Shown piece after piece: positions 27,694-37,624 of a DNA stretch of 64,000 nucleotides. The translations under genes were made by a program, and so were the position numbers. Origin of the DNA: Candidatus Thorarchaeota archaeon. GTDB lineage: Archaea; Asgardarchaeota; Thorarchaeia; Thorarchaeales; Thorarchaeaceae. Position 1 is the first letter of the stretch; every line of letters begins with the position of its first letter. Location: assembly GCA_048882045.1 (NCBI GenBank), contig JBHLRZ010000003.1, forward strand, positions 128,001 to 192,000, written 5' to 3'. The notes under the pieces are model-generated. The model was not told the DNA's origin. It saw only the letters and a list, made by a program, of their open reading frames with translations, and searched no databases.

Positions 27694-29421
27694 ATGGCGA
27701 AAGAAACACTGGAGAAAGAACTTGAACACATCCTACGAGAGGATCTACTCATTGCCTGTCAGAAATGGGGAATCGACATTACTGGCAAAGACAGTGGTGC
27801 GTCTCTTATCAAGATGCTCGCAGAGAGGATGAAGGACCCTGAGGTACGTGAGGAAATCTTTGCCACATTTACCCCCCTAGAAAGAGACCTCCTCGGTGTT
27901 CTTACACTTAGTGGAGGTGCGATGAGCTACGACAGACTCAAGCCATTCAGGAAAATCTATAGCTATGGTCAATTGAATCAGACTGAAAGAGACCTACGAA
28001 AGAAAGGAATCATCATTCGAAGGATGATGTCGAGACTCACTGAGTTTGGGAGGGAGGTAGCGGAGTTCAAAATTTTGGAGTACTTCATTCCGCATCTCAG
28101 GAGTCTTTTTTCATCTAAGCCTGAACCCAAACCAGAAAAACCACAAAAGGTCAAGAACATTGTAGATGAGAGAGATAGTTTACTCATTGACATGCTACAA
28201 CTGGTATCCTACATTGCCAAGAACGAAGTTCACATGACTAGTTCTTGGGAGTTCCCGAAAAGAGAGATAGACCACATAAAGCAGGCAATGTCAAAGACTA
28301 CAGATGACCGATTTGAACTTGTTCAGAAACTAGCTCGCAAAGTCGGAGCCTACACAATTGGCGAGAACGATAGAGTGATGCCAGCCAATGTGAACGCACT
28401 TTTTGCAGGGCACCACTTCCATGTAGCAAGACGACTGTTGAAATCACAGCTAGGACGAACACGAGCAATCTGGGCTACCCCAGACCAACCAACTGAATAC
28501 ACACTAAACCTCGCGATATGTAGACTAAGAGAGTCCACAACTGAAGAGTGGATCAGTATTGAGGAGTTACGAGATTGGATACGGAGCGAGTTATTCATTG
28601 ACAATCAGCAGTTGAAATGGATCCAGGTGGATGATGAGAGGGTACAGCTATCCTTGGAAACCCCAATCCTCTTGGGCATCGTCGAGGCTGCGTATAGGGG
28701 GAAGAAACTACTAGGTGTCCGACTCACTGATGTTGGAGCTGATGTGTTGAAAGGCAAATCAGACTCTGGAACAAAGGGAAATGGAGAGAGTTTCTTTGTA
28801 CTACCCAATTTTGAATTGACAGTCTTTACAAGCGAGATGGAGTTTCAGAACCTCTATCGTTTGATGCTCATCACAGAACCTGTACGCACTGATGTAGTTA
28901 GCACTTTCAAGCTCTCTGATACCTCTGTGTTTCAAGCGATCGAGATTGGCCTTCGTGAGGACGACATCCTTGGGTTCCTTGAGAAGGAGAGTAGTAAACC
29001 AATTCCAAGGAATGTTGTCAGATCAATTACTGACTGGACCTCACAGACTACGTTTACTACTATTGAAGATGTTACACTCTTTGAAACAGAGAACGAGAAG
29101 GATATGGAAAAGCTGATGCTCATACCTGAATTTACTAAGTCAATTGTAAGAAAGATAGGGCCTACAGCAGTAGTTGTGTCTGGGGACATGGAGAAGTTCA
29201 GTGACAGTCTTCGAAAACACAAGTGTATGGTCAAACGGAAGGAACAAAGTGTAGAATCCGAACGCATACCTGGTAGTTCTGTAGCTGAACATTTCCTTCT
29301 CTATAGCGAAGAACAGACTGTGGAAGATGTCCCTGAACCTTGTGAAGACTGTCCTGCAGTACAGTCTTGTAATAAGATGATCCGAAGGAAAGGTCGAGTT
29401 CAGAGAAGTGTAACAAGCTGA
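27694..29421 (+). CDS. XPB-associated protein with Helicase_C_3 / Tfb2(p52)-like domain
   Basis: FFVLPNFELTV...FKLSDTSVFQAIEIGLREDDILGFLEKESSKPIPRNVVRSITDW; no helicase motifs; C-terminal CEDC...C. Confidence 0.78.
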   Translation: MAKETLEKELEHILREDLLIACQKWGIDITGKDSGASLIKMLAERMKDPEVREEIFATFTPLERDLLGVLTLSGGAMSYDRLKPFRKIYSYGQLNQTERDLRKKGIIIRRMMSRLTEFGREVAEFKILEYFIPHLRSLFSSKPEPKPEKPQKVKNIVDERDSLLIDMLQLVSYIAKNEVHMTSSWEFPKREIDHIKQAMSKTTDDRFELVQKLARKVGAYTIGENDRVMPANVNALFAGHHFHVARRLLKSQLGRTRAIWATPDQPTEYTLNLAICRLRESTTEEWISIEELRDWIRSELFIDNQQLKWIQVDDERVQLSLETPILLGIVEAAYRGKKLLGVRLTDVGADVLKGKSDSGTKGNGESFFVLPNFELTVFTSEMEFQNLYRLMLITEPVRTDVVSTFKLSDTSVFQAIEIGLREDDILGFLEKESSKPIPRNVVRSITDWTSQTTFTTIEDVTLFETENEKDMEKLMLIPEFTKSIVRKIGPTAVVVSGDMEKFSDSLRKHKCMVKRKEQSVESERIPGSSVAEHFLLYSEEQTVEDVPEPCEDCPAVQSCNKMIRRKGRVQRSVTS

Positions 29422-29519
29422 GAGGATTTAGGCCTGGATAAGTTGCAGGAAATTTCATTGAGTGGGTGGTCTCGATGAGCCTGAGATGGCTCTTCATTAC
29501 ACCTGTTCATTTTTCACCG

Positions 29520-30374
29520 TTATCCAACCAGCAATGGGAACAGACGCGGTGGAATATGTGGTGGAATGAATCCTGGAAAGAAGATATTCATCAATGGGAA
29601 GAAAGGCGAGAAAAGCACGGTCACAAGTAGTAAAATCGCAAATGACAACGTGTGGGTTGCAGTGACATACGTATAGTAAGGTCGTATGTAAGAGTAGAAG
29701 GCAAAGGCTGGAATCGACAAGGCCACCATAGCCATAATCTCTACTGGATTAAAGAAGAATGGCATGGAGATCGGCCATAGGAAGTAGAACAGCCCTGTGA
29801 TCTTCTCACTTGAGGTTTCATGGTGGGCAATCTTGTGTATACCATCTACTCCCTGAGATAGGAAGAAGACTGGAATCAACAGCCACCACTGGAGACCAAC
29901 GAAGAACATTGGTCCAGCATAGAATAGAAGATCGCCAATGCTCTCGACTCTCTCCCAGAATGGATTCCTGCTAACGAACTCAGTCATCTCTGTCATATAG
30001 TAGCCTAGCATCTGGAAGGCTACCAGAACCGGAAGTAGAAAGAACGAGATGATGATCATAATCGTAGCAGCTCGTGGTAACCTGAGGATTTTACCTTCAT
30101 GGTAATTGTCCAAAGGATAGATTCCATGTAGTGTGAAGGCTGTCAGTAACACAAGTAATCCACTTGGAAGAAAGTATAGAGGTTGAAAAAGATACATCCA
30201 GACTCCAAATACTTCGTAGACGTTGCCATTGAGCATACTGAAAGAGGGATTGAGAATAGGTATGAAGTACCAGACACCGAACACTACGAGTAGTTCAGGA
30301 ATCAGCATTTTCATGCGATAGTCTTGAATGAACTTCATGAACAAACCAGGTTCTTTGGACTGTTCTTCCATCAT
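29520..30374 (-). CDS. Hypothetical polytopic membrane protein
   Basis: 284 aa, about 7 hydrophobic segments; GAGGTGA RBS. Confidence 0.8.
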   Translation of the reverse strand: MMEEQSKEPGLFMKFIQDYRMKMLIPELLVVFGVWYFIPILNPSFSMLNGNVYEVFGVWMYLFQPLYFLPSGLLVLLTAFTLHGIYPLDNYHEGKILRLPRAATIMIIISFFLLPVLVAFQMLGYYMTEMTEFVSRNPFWERVESIGDLLFYAGPMFFVGLQWWLLIPVFFLSQGVDGIHKIAHHETSSEKITGLFYFLWPISMPFFFNPVEIMAMVALSIPAFAFYSYIRPYYTYVTATHTLSFAILLLVTVLFSPFFPLMNIFFPGFIPPHIPPRLFPLLVG

Positions 30375-30386
30375 TTCACCTCAAAG

Positions 30387-30686
30387 TCAGTCGAAGGTAG
30401 GTTTCCGTGTGGCAACATCTTCATCTTCCTCACGCAGTTTATGCTGGAAAGGTCGTCCCTGACCATAGATTTGTGGGTCCATTCCCTTTGTCCTGTTCAT
30501 GATTGTATAGAAACCACCAATCTGAATTGCGAGTGAAATAAGGGAAATCACAAAAACATCAGGAAAGTACTCGTGAACTGAGAAGAATGGGAGTTGTAGA
30601 ACCCAAACCAGTGGATATAGAATCACTTGTACAATGATTCCAAAGAGAAGCATCAACACCCATTTGTCTGTCCAGTTCGATGTCAT
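30387..30686 (-). CDS. Small two-TM membrane protein
   Basis: 99 aa, two TMs and a charged tail. Confidence 0.75.
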   Translation of the reverse strand: MTSNWTDKWVLMLLFGIIVQVILYPLVWVLQLPFFSVHEYFPDVFVISLISLAIQIGGFYTIMNRTKGMDPQIYGQGRPFQHKLREEDEDVATRKPTFD

Positions 30687-30757
30687 TGTCCTATAATCCC
30701 GTCGCGTGCGTATGATTGGTTCGCGATTGAGGGACTAATTAAAGGTGTCTGTTGGGT

Positions 30758-31717
30758 CTATAGAGGATTATAGGTGTCAGCTAGTTCTCCAGCCAAAACT
30801 GCAGCCAGCTCTCTGAAGTCTCTGGTCGAAATGCTTGGAACACTGCTCGTTCGCTTTGGAATATCAAAACGAGCAACTATAACAATAACATCATCATCCA
30901 TTGAATACTCGAAGAGTGCTGGATATCTCGTGTGAATTCTATACCTCTCTTCCCTCGGGGCGATGGTTCCTCCCTTATAGATTGTACCAACCAAGTAGGG
31001 ATAAGCAAATCCAGAGTGTGACACTTGCACCTTCATCTGGACAGTTTCAGGAAGCCCTTGTACGTACGCCTTAATCTCAGCATCGAGAATGGTCTGAACA
31101 CCTTCACGAATCCCTAGCTCGACATTCATACCTGCGCGAATGCCAGTAACTCCAGACATTGCCCTAGCGAACTCATATGTATCACCCATCACAGGAGCCT
31201 TGAAGAATTCCTGTGCATCTATCTTGGGAATTCGAAATCCAAATACGAATCCAGTGACAGCAACAATTGCATAGAGGACAGTTATCAGAATGACTGAATC
31301 GACGAACGGATTGAAAAGAAGGATATTGAATTCAGGTAGAAGCAGCATTGCAAACCCGAGACTCACAACGATGAGCATTGAACAGCAAGAGCTGCACCAA
31401 TCACCTGGATGAGCGTATAAGTCCCCATATGATTCTTCATACTTCTCAATCATATCTTCATACTCTGCAAAGGTGACCCAGGTTTTCTTCTTCTCCCATT
31501 TTCCAGGAATATAGTCAATCGCTCTCTTTGATCCAGCTCCCATCCCGAATGATATAATGAAGAGTATGAGTGGCAATCCAATGTAGATCAAAATCTGATA
31601 GGATGGATAAAGGTAGTTGAATACAATAGCAGCAATTGCGGTTACGAATGCAATGACTGCAAATGCTTTGTTAACATTTCCTTGGCGACTATAATCAATA
31701 ATCTTCGGTTCGGTCAA
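30758..31717 (-). CDS. Four-TM membrane protein, paralog C
   Basis: 2TM-loop-2TM plus soluble C-domain; loop IDYIPGKW...EYEDMIEKYEESY. Confidence 0.8.
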   Translation of the reverse strand: MTEPKIIDYSRQGNVNKAFAVIAFVTAIAAIVFNYLYPSYQILIYIGLPLILFIISFGMGAGSKRAIDYIPGKWEKKKTWVTFAEYEDMIEKYEESYGDLYAHPGDWCSSCCSMLIVVSLGFAMLLLPEFNILLFNPFVDSVILITVLYAIVAVTGFVFGFRIPKIDAQEFFKAPVMGDTYEFARAMSGVTGIRAGMNVELGIREGVQTILDAEIKAYVQGLPETVQMKVQVSHSGFAYPYLVGTIYKGGTIAPREERYRIHTRYPALFEYSMDDDVIVIVARFDIPKRTSSVPSISTRDFRELAAVLAGELADTYNPL

Positions 31718-31763
31718 GCCAATCCATCCTCCGACTCTTGGAAGACACGGGATGAAATAAGGT

Positions 31764-32705
31764 CTACGCTGGAGTTCTGAAACGGTTCAGATAACTCTCA
31801 ACTTCTTCCAGGACGTCCGCGAGGAGCTCTTGTTCTCCCTTTGCATTGATGTATGCAAGTAGAATCTTCTTGACAATCCCCGCTATAAAGTAGGATGTTA
31901 GCTGTTGCAGAGACCCCTCAGCCACGATCGATTCCTCACCATCACCCAATTGTAGGTATGCTACAAATTTGCACAAATCTCCTGTTTCTCCTAGCTCAAA
32001 CTCGATCCAAGAAACGCCCTCGATGTCCTCAATCCTAGCAGTGGGTGTTGGATCGCGAATGGTATAGTATCCCTCAACCTCACCGAGAGTGACTCGTATT
32101 CCAGCCCATGATATTCCAGGAGATTTACTCATTGTGTCAATGATTCTCCGGAGTTGTTTTTGATTGGGGTATGTGAAGTAGAAAGTGGCTTCATTCGGAA
32201 TGAACCTGAACAAGACATTGGCAAAGAGAATACCAAAGGGGACAAATAGAACACCGAATACGACTGGTGTTGCAGCAATTATGCTTGTTGTGGTCTGCAT
32301 AGTCACAAACGGGAAGAGCACAGCTCCAATATACACAATGATTAGAATGAATATCGAAGGATAGTCGATTATTGAGAGAACATGCCGATATGCTTTTTGA
32401 TACTCCTTGGTCATTTCTTCATACTCTGTGAACATGACTTCGCGTTCTCGCAGATTCCAAGTTGGTTCGGTGTAGGAGATTCCTGTTTTAATTCTCCAAG
32501 TAATCGCAGCAAGAGCTGGCATCAGACTGAGGAAAAGCAGAGTCGCCCAAAAGAACCAGACGTAAGGATATACGTACAAGTTTAGTAGGCGATATTGTGC
32601 CACCTCGAATCCCATATAGCTCCAGACTAGAATGACTATGAACATGAGAACTTGGAGGTAGATTGTTGATTTTTGATTGAAAGGCGCATCAGTCATGTTA
32701 TTCAC
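31764..32705 (-). CDS. Four-TM membrane protein, paralog B
   Basis: Loop ISYTEPTW...EYEEMTKEYQKAY; PNEA after TM4. Confidence 0.8.
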   Translation of the reverse strand: MNNMTDAPFNQKSTIYLQVLMFIVILVWSYMGFEVAQYRLLNLYVYPYVWFFWATLLFLSLMPALAAITWRIKTGISYTEPTWNLREREVMFTEYEEMTKEYQKAYRHVLSIIDYPSIFILIIVYIGAVLFPFVTMQTTTSIIAATPVVFGVLFVPFGILFANVLFRFIPNEATFYFTYPNQKQLRRIIDTMSKSPGISWAGIRVTLGEVEGYYTIRDPTPTARIEDIEGVSWIEFELGETGDLCKFVAYLQLGDGEESIVAEGSLQQLTSYFIAGIVKKILLAYINAKGEQELLADVLEEVESYLNRFRTPA

Positions 32706-33713
32706 TCACGACGTTTCCACTCCAAGCTTGTCCAAGAATGCAGTAAGCTCATCACTCTTACCTCTTGTGTGGAGCCATTCTAAAATTATGATTGCCGCAG
32801 CGTTCTCTATCAATTTTCTAGGATCTTTCACTCCTGGATTGCCACTCTTGTATGTAATAGGATACTTGACATAGTATCCATTCTTGTCTTGGTCCACATA
32901 CTTTCTGAAATACTGATCCTCAGAGAACCACCACCAAATCACCTCTGGATGCTTGTCAGATTCGTAGAGACGGCAAAGGATTCGATTTACAGATCCAAGC
33001 TCCTCAGTCCAAGACTCAATATATCCCTCTCTCTCAATTCCAGAGATTCGACTGACAACTCTCGGAGCATCATAGACACTGTACCCATCCTTTTCAGCCT
33101 TATCGAAGACAATCCTGATGTTTGTGAGTCCAGATATGTCCTCCTGAGATTCAGCAAGTTTGATAGTTTCTCGAACAAGGAGGATTGTAAAATCCTCAGA
33201 CGCTTCGTTCGATGTAGCCCGGAGAGCCCCGATTGAAGAAACTGTAAATGATAGTCCTAATGATAGGGAAAACATCCACCGGTCCAATGGAGCAAGAGAG
33301 GGGTTTTCAATAAGGAGATAGACAGGAAAAGCAGCCATAATAAGAAGGAGTGCAATGGGAATGAAGAAGATCCAGTAGTTGCTGTTCGCAACCATCCTCC
33401 AGTATTTTCGTTTGTACTCTTTATTCATGATCTTGGTGTCTTCTATGGACAACTGTGTTGGTTCGTAGTGCCAACTAGGCTCAGTATAAACAATAGCATT
33501 CTTCTTGCCATACCAGCCAATTCCAAAACCAGTGATGGTAAGAGTCAGTGGAAGCATAACAAATGCTGCAAAGTTGATGAGAATATCACCTGTGGCCAGT
33601 CTGAAAATGTAATCTGAGATAACATAGCCGACGATAATACTCCCAGAAATTCCCAAGAGAATTGCAGCAATGGTCTTGGCAATCGATCGATAGGCAATGA
33701 TGCGCTCAGTCAT
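32706..33713 (-). CDS. Four-TM membrane protein, paralog A
   Basis: Loop IVYTEPSW...IMNKEYKRKY; SNEA after TM4. Confidence 0.8.
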   Translation of the reverse strand: MTERIIAYRSIAKTIAAILLGISGSIIVGYVISDYIFRLATGDILINFAAFVMLPLTLTITGFGIGWYGKKNAIVYTEPSWHYEPTQLSIEDTKIMNKEYKRKYWRMVANSNYWIFFIPIALLLIMAAFPVYLLIENPSLAPLDRWMFSLSLGLSFTVSSIGALRATSNEASEDFTILLVRETIKLAESQEDISGLTNIRIVFDKAEKDGYSVYDAPRVVSRISGIEREGYIESWTEELGSVNRILCRLYESDKHPEVIWWWFSEDQYFRKYVDQDKNGYYVKYPITYKSGNPGVKDPRKLIENAAAIIILEWLHTRGKSDELTAFLDKLGVETS

Positions 33714-33834
33714 CCTGACTCCACCTGAAACAGTCTGACCAGCCTTCAGAAACTCTTTAAGGATTGCTAAACGTAAACGCTTATTACTGCGAATGTCAAT
33801 TCATTATTGTTAATTCTTATTCAAGGAGATTACA

Positions 33835-34317
33835 ATGTTAAAGATAGGTGACAAAGCACCAGATTTCACAACGACCACAGAAAGTGGGGAAAAAGTGAAG
33901 CTTAGTGGTTTGAAAGGAAAGAAGATCTTTCTCTATTTCTACCCAAAAGACAACACACCAGGATGTCAGGCTGAAGCTTGTTCTATTAGAGACAACTTCG
34001 AAGTCTTTGAGAAATCAGACATTCCAGTGTTTGGAGTTTCAGGTGGAACAGCGAAGTCGCATAAAAGTTTCAAAGAGAAGAACGACCTACCATTTCCACT
34101 GTTGATGGATGAAGAGTTCGAGATAGCCAAGCTCTATGGTGTCTACATAAAGAAAAGCATGTATGGCAAAGAGTACATGGGCATCGACCGCACGACTTTC
34201 CTGATCGATGAGAAAGGACTTGTGGAGGGAATCTTTGGTGGCCCAGAGGGAATCGAGAAGGTCAAGACCAAGGAACATGCAGACCAAGTCATCAAATTCT
34301 GGGACCTCAAGCTGTAG
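33835..34317 (+). CDS. bcp: Peroxiredoxin Bcp/PrxQ
   Basis: GDKAPDF and YFYPKDNTPGCQAEAC. Confidence 0.94.
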   Translation: MLKIGDKAPDFTTTTESGEKVKLSGLKGKKIFLYFYPKDNTPGCQAEACSIRDNFEVFEKSDIPVFGVSGGTAKSHKSFKEKNDLPFPLLMDEEFEIAKLYGVYIKKSMYGKEYMGIDRTTFLIDEKGLVEGIFGGPEGIEKVKTKEHADQVIKFWDLKL

Positions 34318-34328
34318 AGGAACTTGTA

Positions 34329-34802
34329 ATGCTAAAAGTAGGCGATATCGCTCCAGATTTCGAAACCGTCGACGACGAAGGTAATCCATTCAAACTCAGT
34401 GACTTCAGAGGAAAAAAAATAGTGCTCTATTTCTATCCCAAGGACCTCACCCCAGGTTGTACTGCGGAAGCCTGCTCCATTAGAGACAGCTACACACTCT
34501 TCGAGGGTTCAGATATTCCGATCTTCGGTATCTCTGGTGGCACTGCAGAAGTCCATCAAAAGTTTAGAGGGAAGTACAAACTCCCCTTCAACATTTTAAT
34601 GGATGAGGACCTTGAGATAGCCAAACTCTACGGAGCATATAGCAGACTGAATATCCTAGGGATGGGAGTCAAGAGGATCACTTTCCTCTTAGACGAGGAA
34701 AGTAAGGTCGAAGGTATTTTCGGAGGGTCAGAAGGTGAAGATCGGGTCCGTTCAAAAGAGCATGCAGACCAAATTGCGAGCTTCTGGGGTCTGAAACTTT
34801 AG
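34329..34802 (+). CDS. bcp: Peroxiredoxin Bcp/PrxQ, tandem paralog
   Basis: GDIAPDF and YFYPKDLTPGCTAEAC. Confidence 0.94.
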   Translation: MLKVGDIAPDFETVDDEGNPFKLSDFRGKKIVLYFYPKDLTPGCTAEACSIRDSYTLFEGSDIPIFGISGGTAEVHQKFRGKYKLPFNILMDEDLEIAKLYGAYSRLNILGMGVKRITFLLDEESKVEGIFGGSEGEDRVRSKEHADQIASFWGLKL

Positions 34803-34857
34803 AATACTGGATTATTTATCTAAAAGCCCTCTGATTGGTCGCTGAGGGAATTTTCTC

Positions 34858-35232
34858 TTGAGTGAAAGGAATAAAGAAATTCTGAAGGAATACATCGAGA
34901 GAGTATGGAACAACGGAGATGTATCTGTAATTGAGCAATATGCACATCCGGACTGGTTCTCAAAAGGACTGAGACTGGATGGCACACTGGAAGGTTATGA
35001 TGGGATCAGACAGAATGTTCTCACTACAAGAGAAGCTTTGAAAAATCTCAAGATAGCTTTCAAGGACATCATCGGAGAGGGGAACAAAGTTGCCAGTCGG
35101 ATTGTAATTACTGGAATCAATTCTGAAACTGGTAAGAAAGTCTATGTTGATGAATTGATGATTCACGAGTTTGTTGATGGCAAGGTCAAGAGAGTCTGGT
35201 CGATGGGATCTGAACAGAAGGAGTTGGACTAG
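34858..35232 (+). CDS. SnoaL-like / NTF2-fold ester cyclase family protein
   Basis: ERNKEILKEYIERVWNNGD, DIIGEGNKVASR, FVDGKVKRVW. Confidence 0.82.
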   Translation: MSERNKEILKEYIERVWNNGDVSVIEQYAHPDWFSKGLRLDGTLEGYDGIRQNVLTTREALKNLKIAFKDIIGEGNKVASRIVITGINSETGKKVYVDELMIHEFVDGKVKRVWSMGSEQKELD

Positions 35233-35963
35233 CGTTCTCTACGAGGTTTTCCGACACTACTCATGTAGATGACACTCTCTTCATCTGGCTCGAGTCCAAG
35301 GAGTCTATTGAGGTCATCATCGTAAAGAGCCCCTATCTGACAACTGCCTAGTCCAAGACCCTGAGCTGCCAGTGCTAGGTTCTGCGCGATGTGAGCTGCA
35401 TCCAGAAACATGTATCGATATGCCCTCTGGAGATACTTCCACTTTGACCTCTGAAGTACTGCACTCCAAATGAAGACAACTGATGCACGCTCAGCAACCT
35501 GCTGATCCAACGCTCCGTCTTTGACCTCCTTTGCAAAGTTCCCTTCTTTCAAGAGTTCCAGTGCATGTCCTTCGACATTGTAATGATAGAGACCAGTTTC
35601 TAATGAGTCAACTCTGTTCGCACAGAGATAGGTCTCAATCGGATACAGTGCACCTGCAGAAGGCGCTGTTCGTAGTCCATACTCCCCGATTCGTGCTGTG
35701 AGCCCTTGCGTCGCCCACAAGATCTGAGACAGATCTTCAAGACAAATTGGGTCCAATGTATAAGCACGTATACTCCGTCGGGTCCTCATCGTTTCCCAGA
35801 GACCAGGACCGTCTGTTACATCAGGAGCAGGAAGCTCAATCCGTCTTGCAGAAGGATAGGTCTTGTAGGTAGGGGGTTTTGTCGAGTAGTCGAGGTAGTG
35901 CCCAGGTAGCTTGCCTCGCTCGTATTTTGTTGATTTGAGAAAGTCATCTCCAACTCCAGACAT
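35229..35963 (-). CDS. SagB/ThcOx-family FMN nitroreductase-like dehydrogenase
   Basis: RRSIRAY, RTAPSAGALYPIE, KYLQRAYRY, DAAHIAQNL. Confidence 0.9.
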   Translation of the reverse strand: MSGVGDDFLKSTKYERGKLPGHYLDYSTKPPTYKTYPSARRIELPAPDVTDGPGLWETMRTRRSIRAYTLDPICLEDLSQILWATQGLTARIGEYGLRTAPSAGALYPIETYLCANRVDSLETGLYHYNVEGHALELLKEGNFAKEVKDGALDQQVAERASVVFIWSAVLQRSKWKYLQRAYRYMFLDAAHIAQNLALAAQGLGLGSCQIGALYDDDLNRLLGLEPDEESVIYMSSVGKPRRER

Positions 35964-36107
35964 GGTTACACATTGTGTCTATCAGTTATCAATGAGTTGA
36001 TTGGGATGTAACCAGAAAGCATAGACTTTAATGATGGCTTTGAGCAGCCCGAACCTGCTTGACAGGCCTGTATAGCCTGGTCTACGAATTCCTAGGAGCC
36101 CAATATA

Positions 36108-37469
36108 ATGTCTGAAGAAAAGCTCTCTGTAGAAGAGTTGAAGAAAAAGGCAGAGAAACCCGGAAAAGACGCTATGGTCCTTCATCCGTTCTACCAAGGA
36201 AAGATTCAGTCCATTGGTAAAGCCCCGGTTCGTGATTTCTCTGACTTTGCGATATGGTATACTCCTGGTGTGGCAAAACCATGCCTGGACATCAAAGACA
36301 ATCCCGATATGGCCTATGAGCATCTTAACAAGGGAAACATGGTTGCAGTCGTGAGCGACGGTACTCGTGTTCTCGGTCTTGGTGACATAGGTCCACTGGC
36401 AGCTGGACCTGTCATGGAAGGGAAATCAATTCTGTTCAAATACCTCGGTGGTGTGGATGCATGGCCTGTCTGTGTCGACACAAAGGACGCAGACAAGATC
36501 ATCGAGTTTGTCAAACTTCTCCAGCCATCATTTGGAGGGATTAACCTTGAGGACATCTCCAAGCCTAAGTGCTACAAGGTCCTAGAAGAACTAAGGAGCA
36601 ACCCAGAAGTAAAGATACCAGTTTGGCATGATGACGCCCAGGGTACTGCTACAGTAGTACTTGCAGGTGTGATTGGGGGCTTGAATGTTGTAAAGAAGGA
36701 TATCGAGAATGTGACAGTAGCTATGTTGGGAGTTGGCGCAGCCAACACAAGAACTGCGTATCTTCTCATAGCAGCTGGTGTTGATCCAAAGAATATCATC
36801 ATGGTAGACAGTAAAGGTGCAATCTATGCAGATCGTGAAGACATTGTGAAGGATAAGGACTACGACACTTTCAAGTATGACTTAGCCCAGAAGACCAACC
36901 CAGACAGGATGACAGGAGACCTAGGGGAGGTTATTGAAGGGATGGATGTGCTCATCACAGCATCTAGACCCATTCCAGGTTCAGTGAAGAAAGAATGGGT
37001 ATCAAAGATGGCTAATGACTCTATAGTCTACGCATGTGCAAATCCACTACCTGAAATTTGGCCATGGGATGCTATAGAGGCTGGTGCACGCATCGTTGGA
37101 ACTGGTCGTTCAGACTTTGACAACCAGATCAACAACTCACTCGGATTCCCAGGCATCTTCCGTGGTACACTTGACGTGAGGGCAAGTACAATCACTGATG
37201 AGATGTGTATCGCAGCTGCTCAGGCTCTTGCTGATCTTGGTGCGAAGGAAGCCAACGTGCGAAAGGTCATCCCAACAATGGACCAGTGGGAACTGTATCC
37301 TGCTGAAGCAACGGCAGTTGGTATGAAAGCTATAGAGCAGGGGATTGCCAAGAAACAATGGGAGGAGAAGGAACTCTACAAGCATGCAGAGGAAATCATC
37401 AGACGTGCCCGTGGTGGTTCAGAGCTCCTCTATGAGAAGGGCTTCATTCCCAAGGCACCAGAAACATAG
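36108..37469 (+). CDS. mae: NAD(P)-dependent malic enzyme
   Basis: YTPGVA, VSDGTRVLGLGDIG, PVMEGK, INLEDI, HDDAQGT, ANPLPEI, TGRSDFDNQINNSLGFPGIFRG. Confidence 0.95.
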   Translation: MSEEKLSVEELKKKAEKPGKDAMVLHPFYQGKIQSIGKAPVRDFSDFAIWYTPGVAKPCLDIKDNPDMAYEHLNKGNMVAVVSDGTRVLGLGDIGPLAAGPVMEGKSILFKYLGGVDAWPVCVDTKDADKIIEFVKLLQPSFGGINLEDISKPKCYKVLEELRSNPEVKIPVWHDDAQGTATVVLAGVIGGLNVVKKDIENVTVAMLGVGAANTRTAYLLIAAGVDPKNIIMVDSKGAIYADREDIVKDKDYDTFKYDLAQKTNPDRMTGDLGEVIEGMDVLITASRPIPGSVKKEWVSKMANDSIVYACANPLPEIWPWDAIEAGARIVGTGRSDFDNQINNSLGFPGIFRGTLDVRASTITDEMCIAAAQALADLGAKEANVRKVIPTMDQWELYPAEATAVGMKAIEQGIAKKQWEEKELYKHAEEIIRRARGGSELLYEKGFIPKAPET

Positions 37470-37484
37470 ACAGTAATAGATGAA

Positions 37485-37519
37485 AAGCGGCGTTGCCGCC
37501 GCTTCCTCAATTTCTTTTT
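37485..37519 (+). terminator. GC-rich hairpin followed by a U-rich tract after the malic enzyme gene
   Basis: AAGCGGCG-TTGC-CGCCGCTT then CCTCAATTTCTTTTT. Confidence 0.75.
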
Positions 37520-37624
37520 GCCTCAATCATGGGGCGTATTATATCTCAAGGTAACAATCAATTGCGCTAGATTATTAAGACGCAAAATAAGACTCCGGAA
37601 ACTCAATGAATTGGTGACCCAAAC

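Noticed and set aside
35229-35963. SagB/ThcOx dehydrogenase as part of the RiPP-like system
   Set aside because: It lies 18 kb from the rSAM locus with no YcaO or precursor nearby; stand-alone members are common in archaea.
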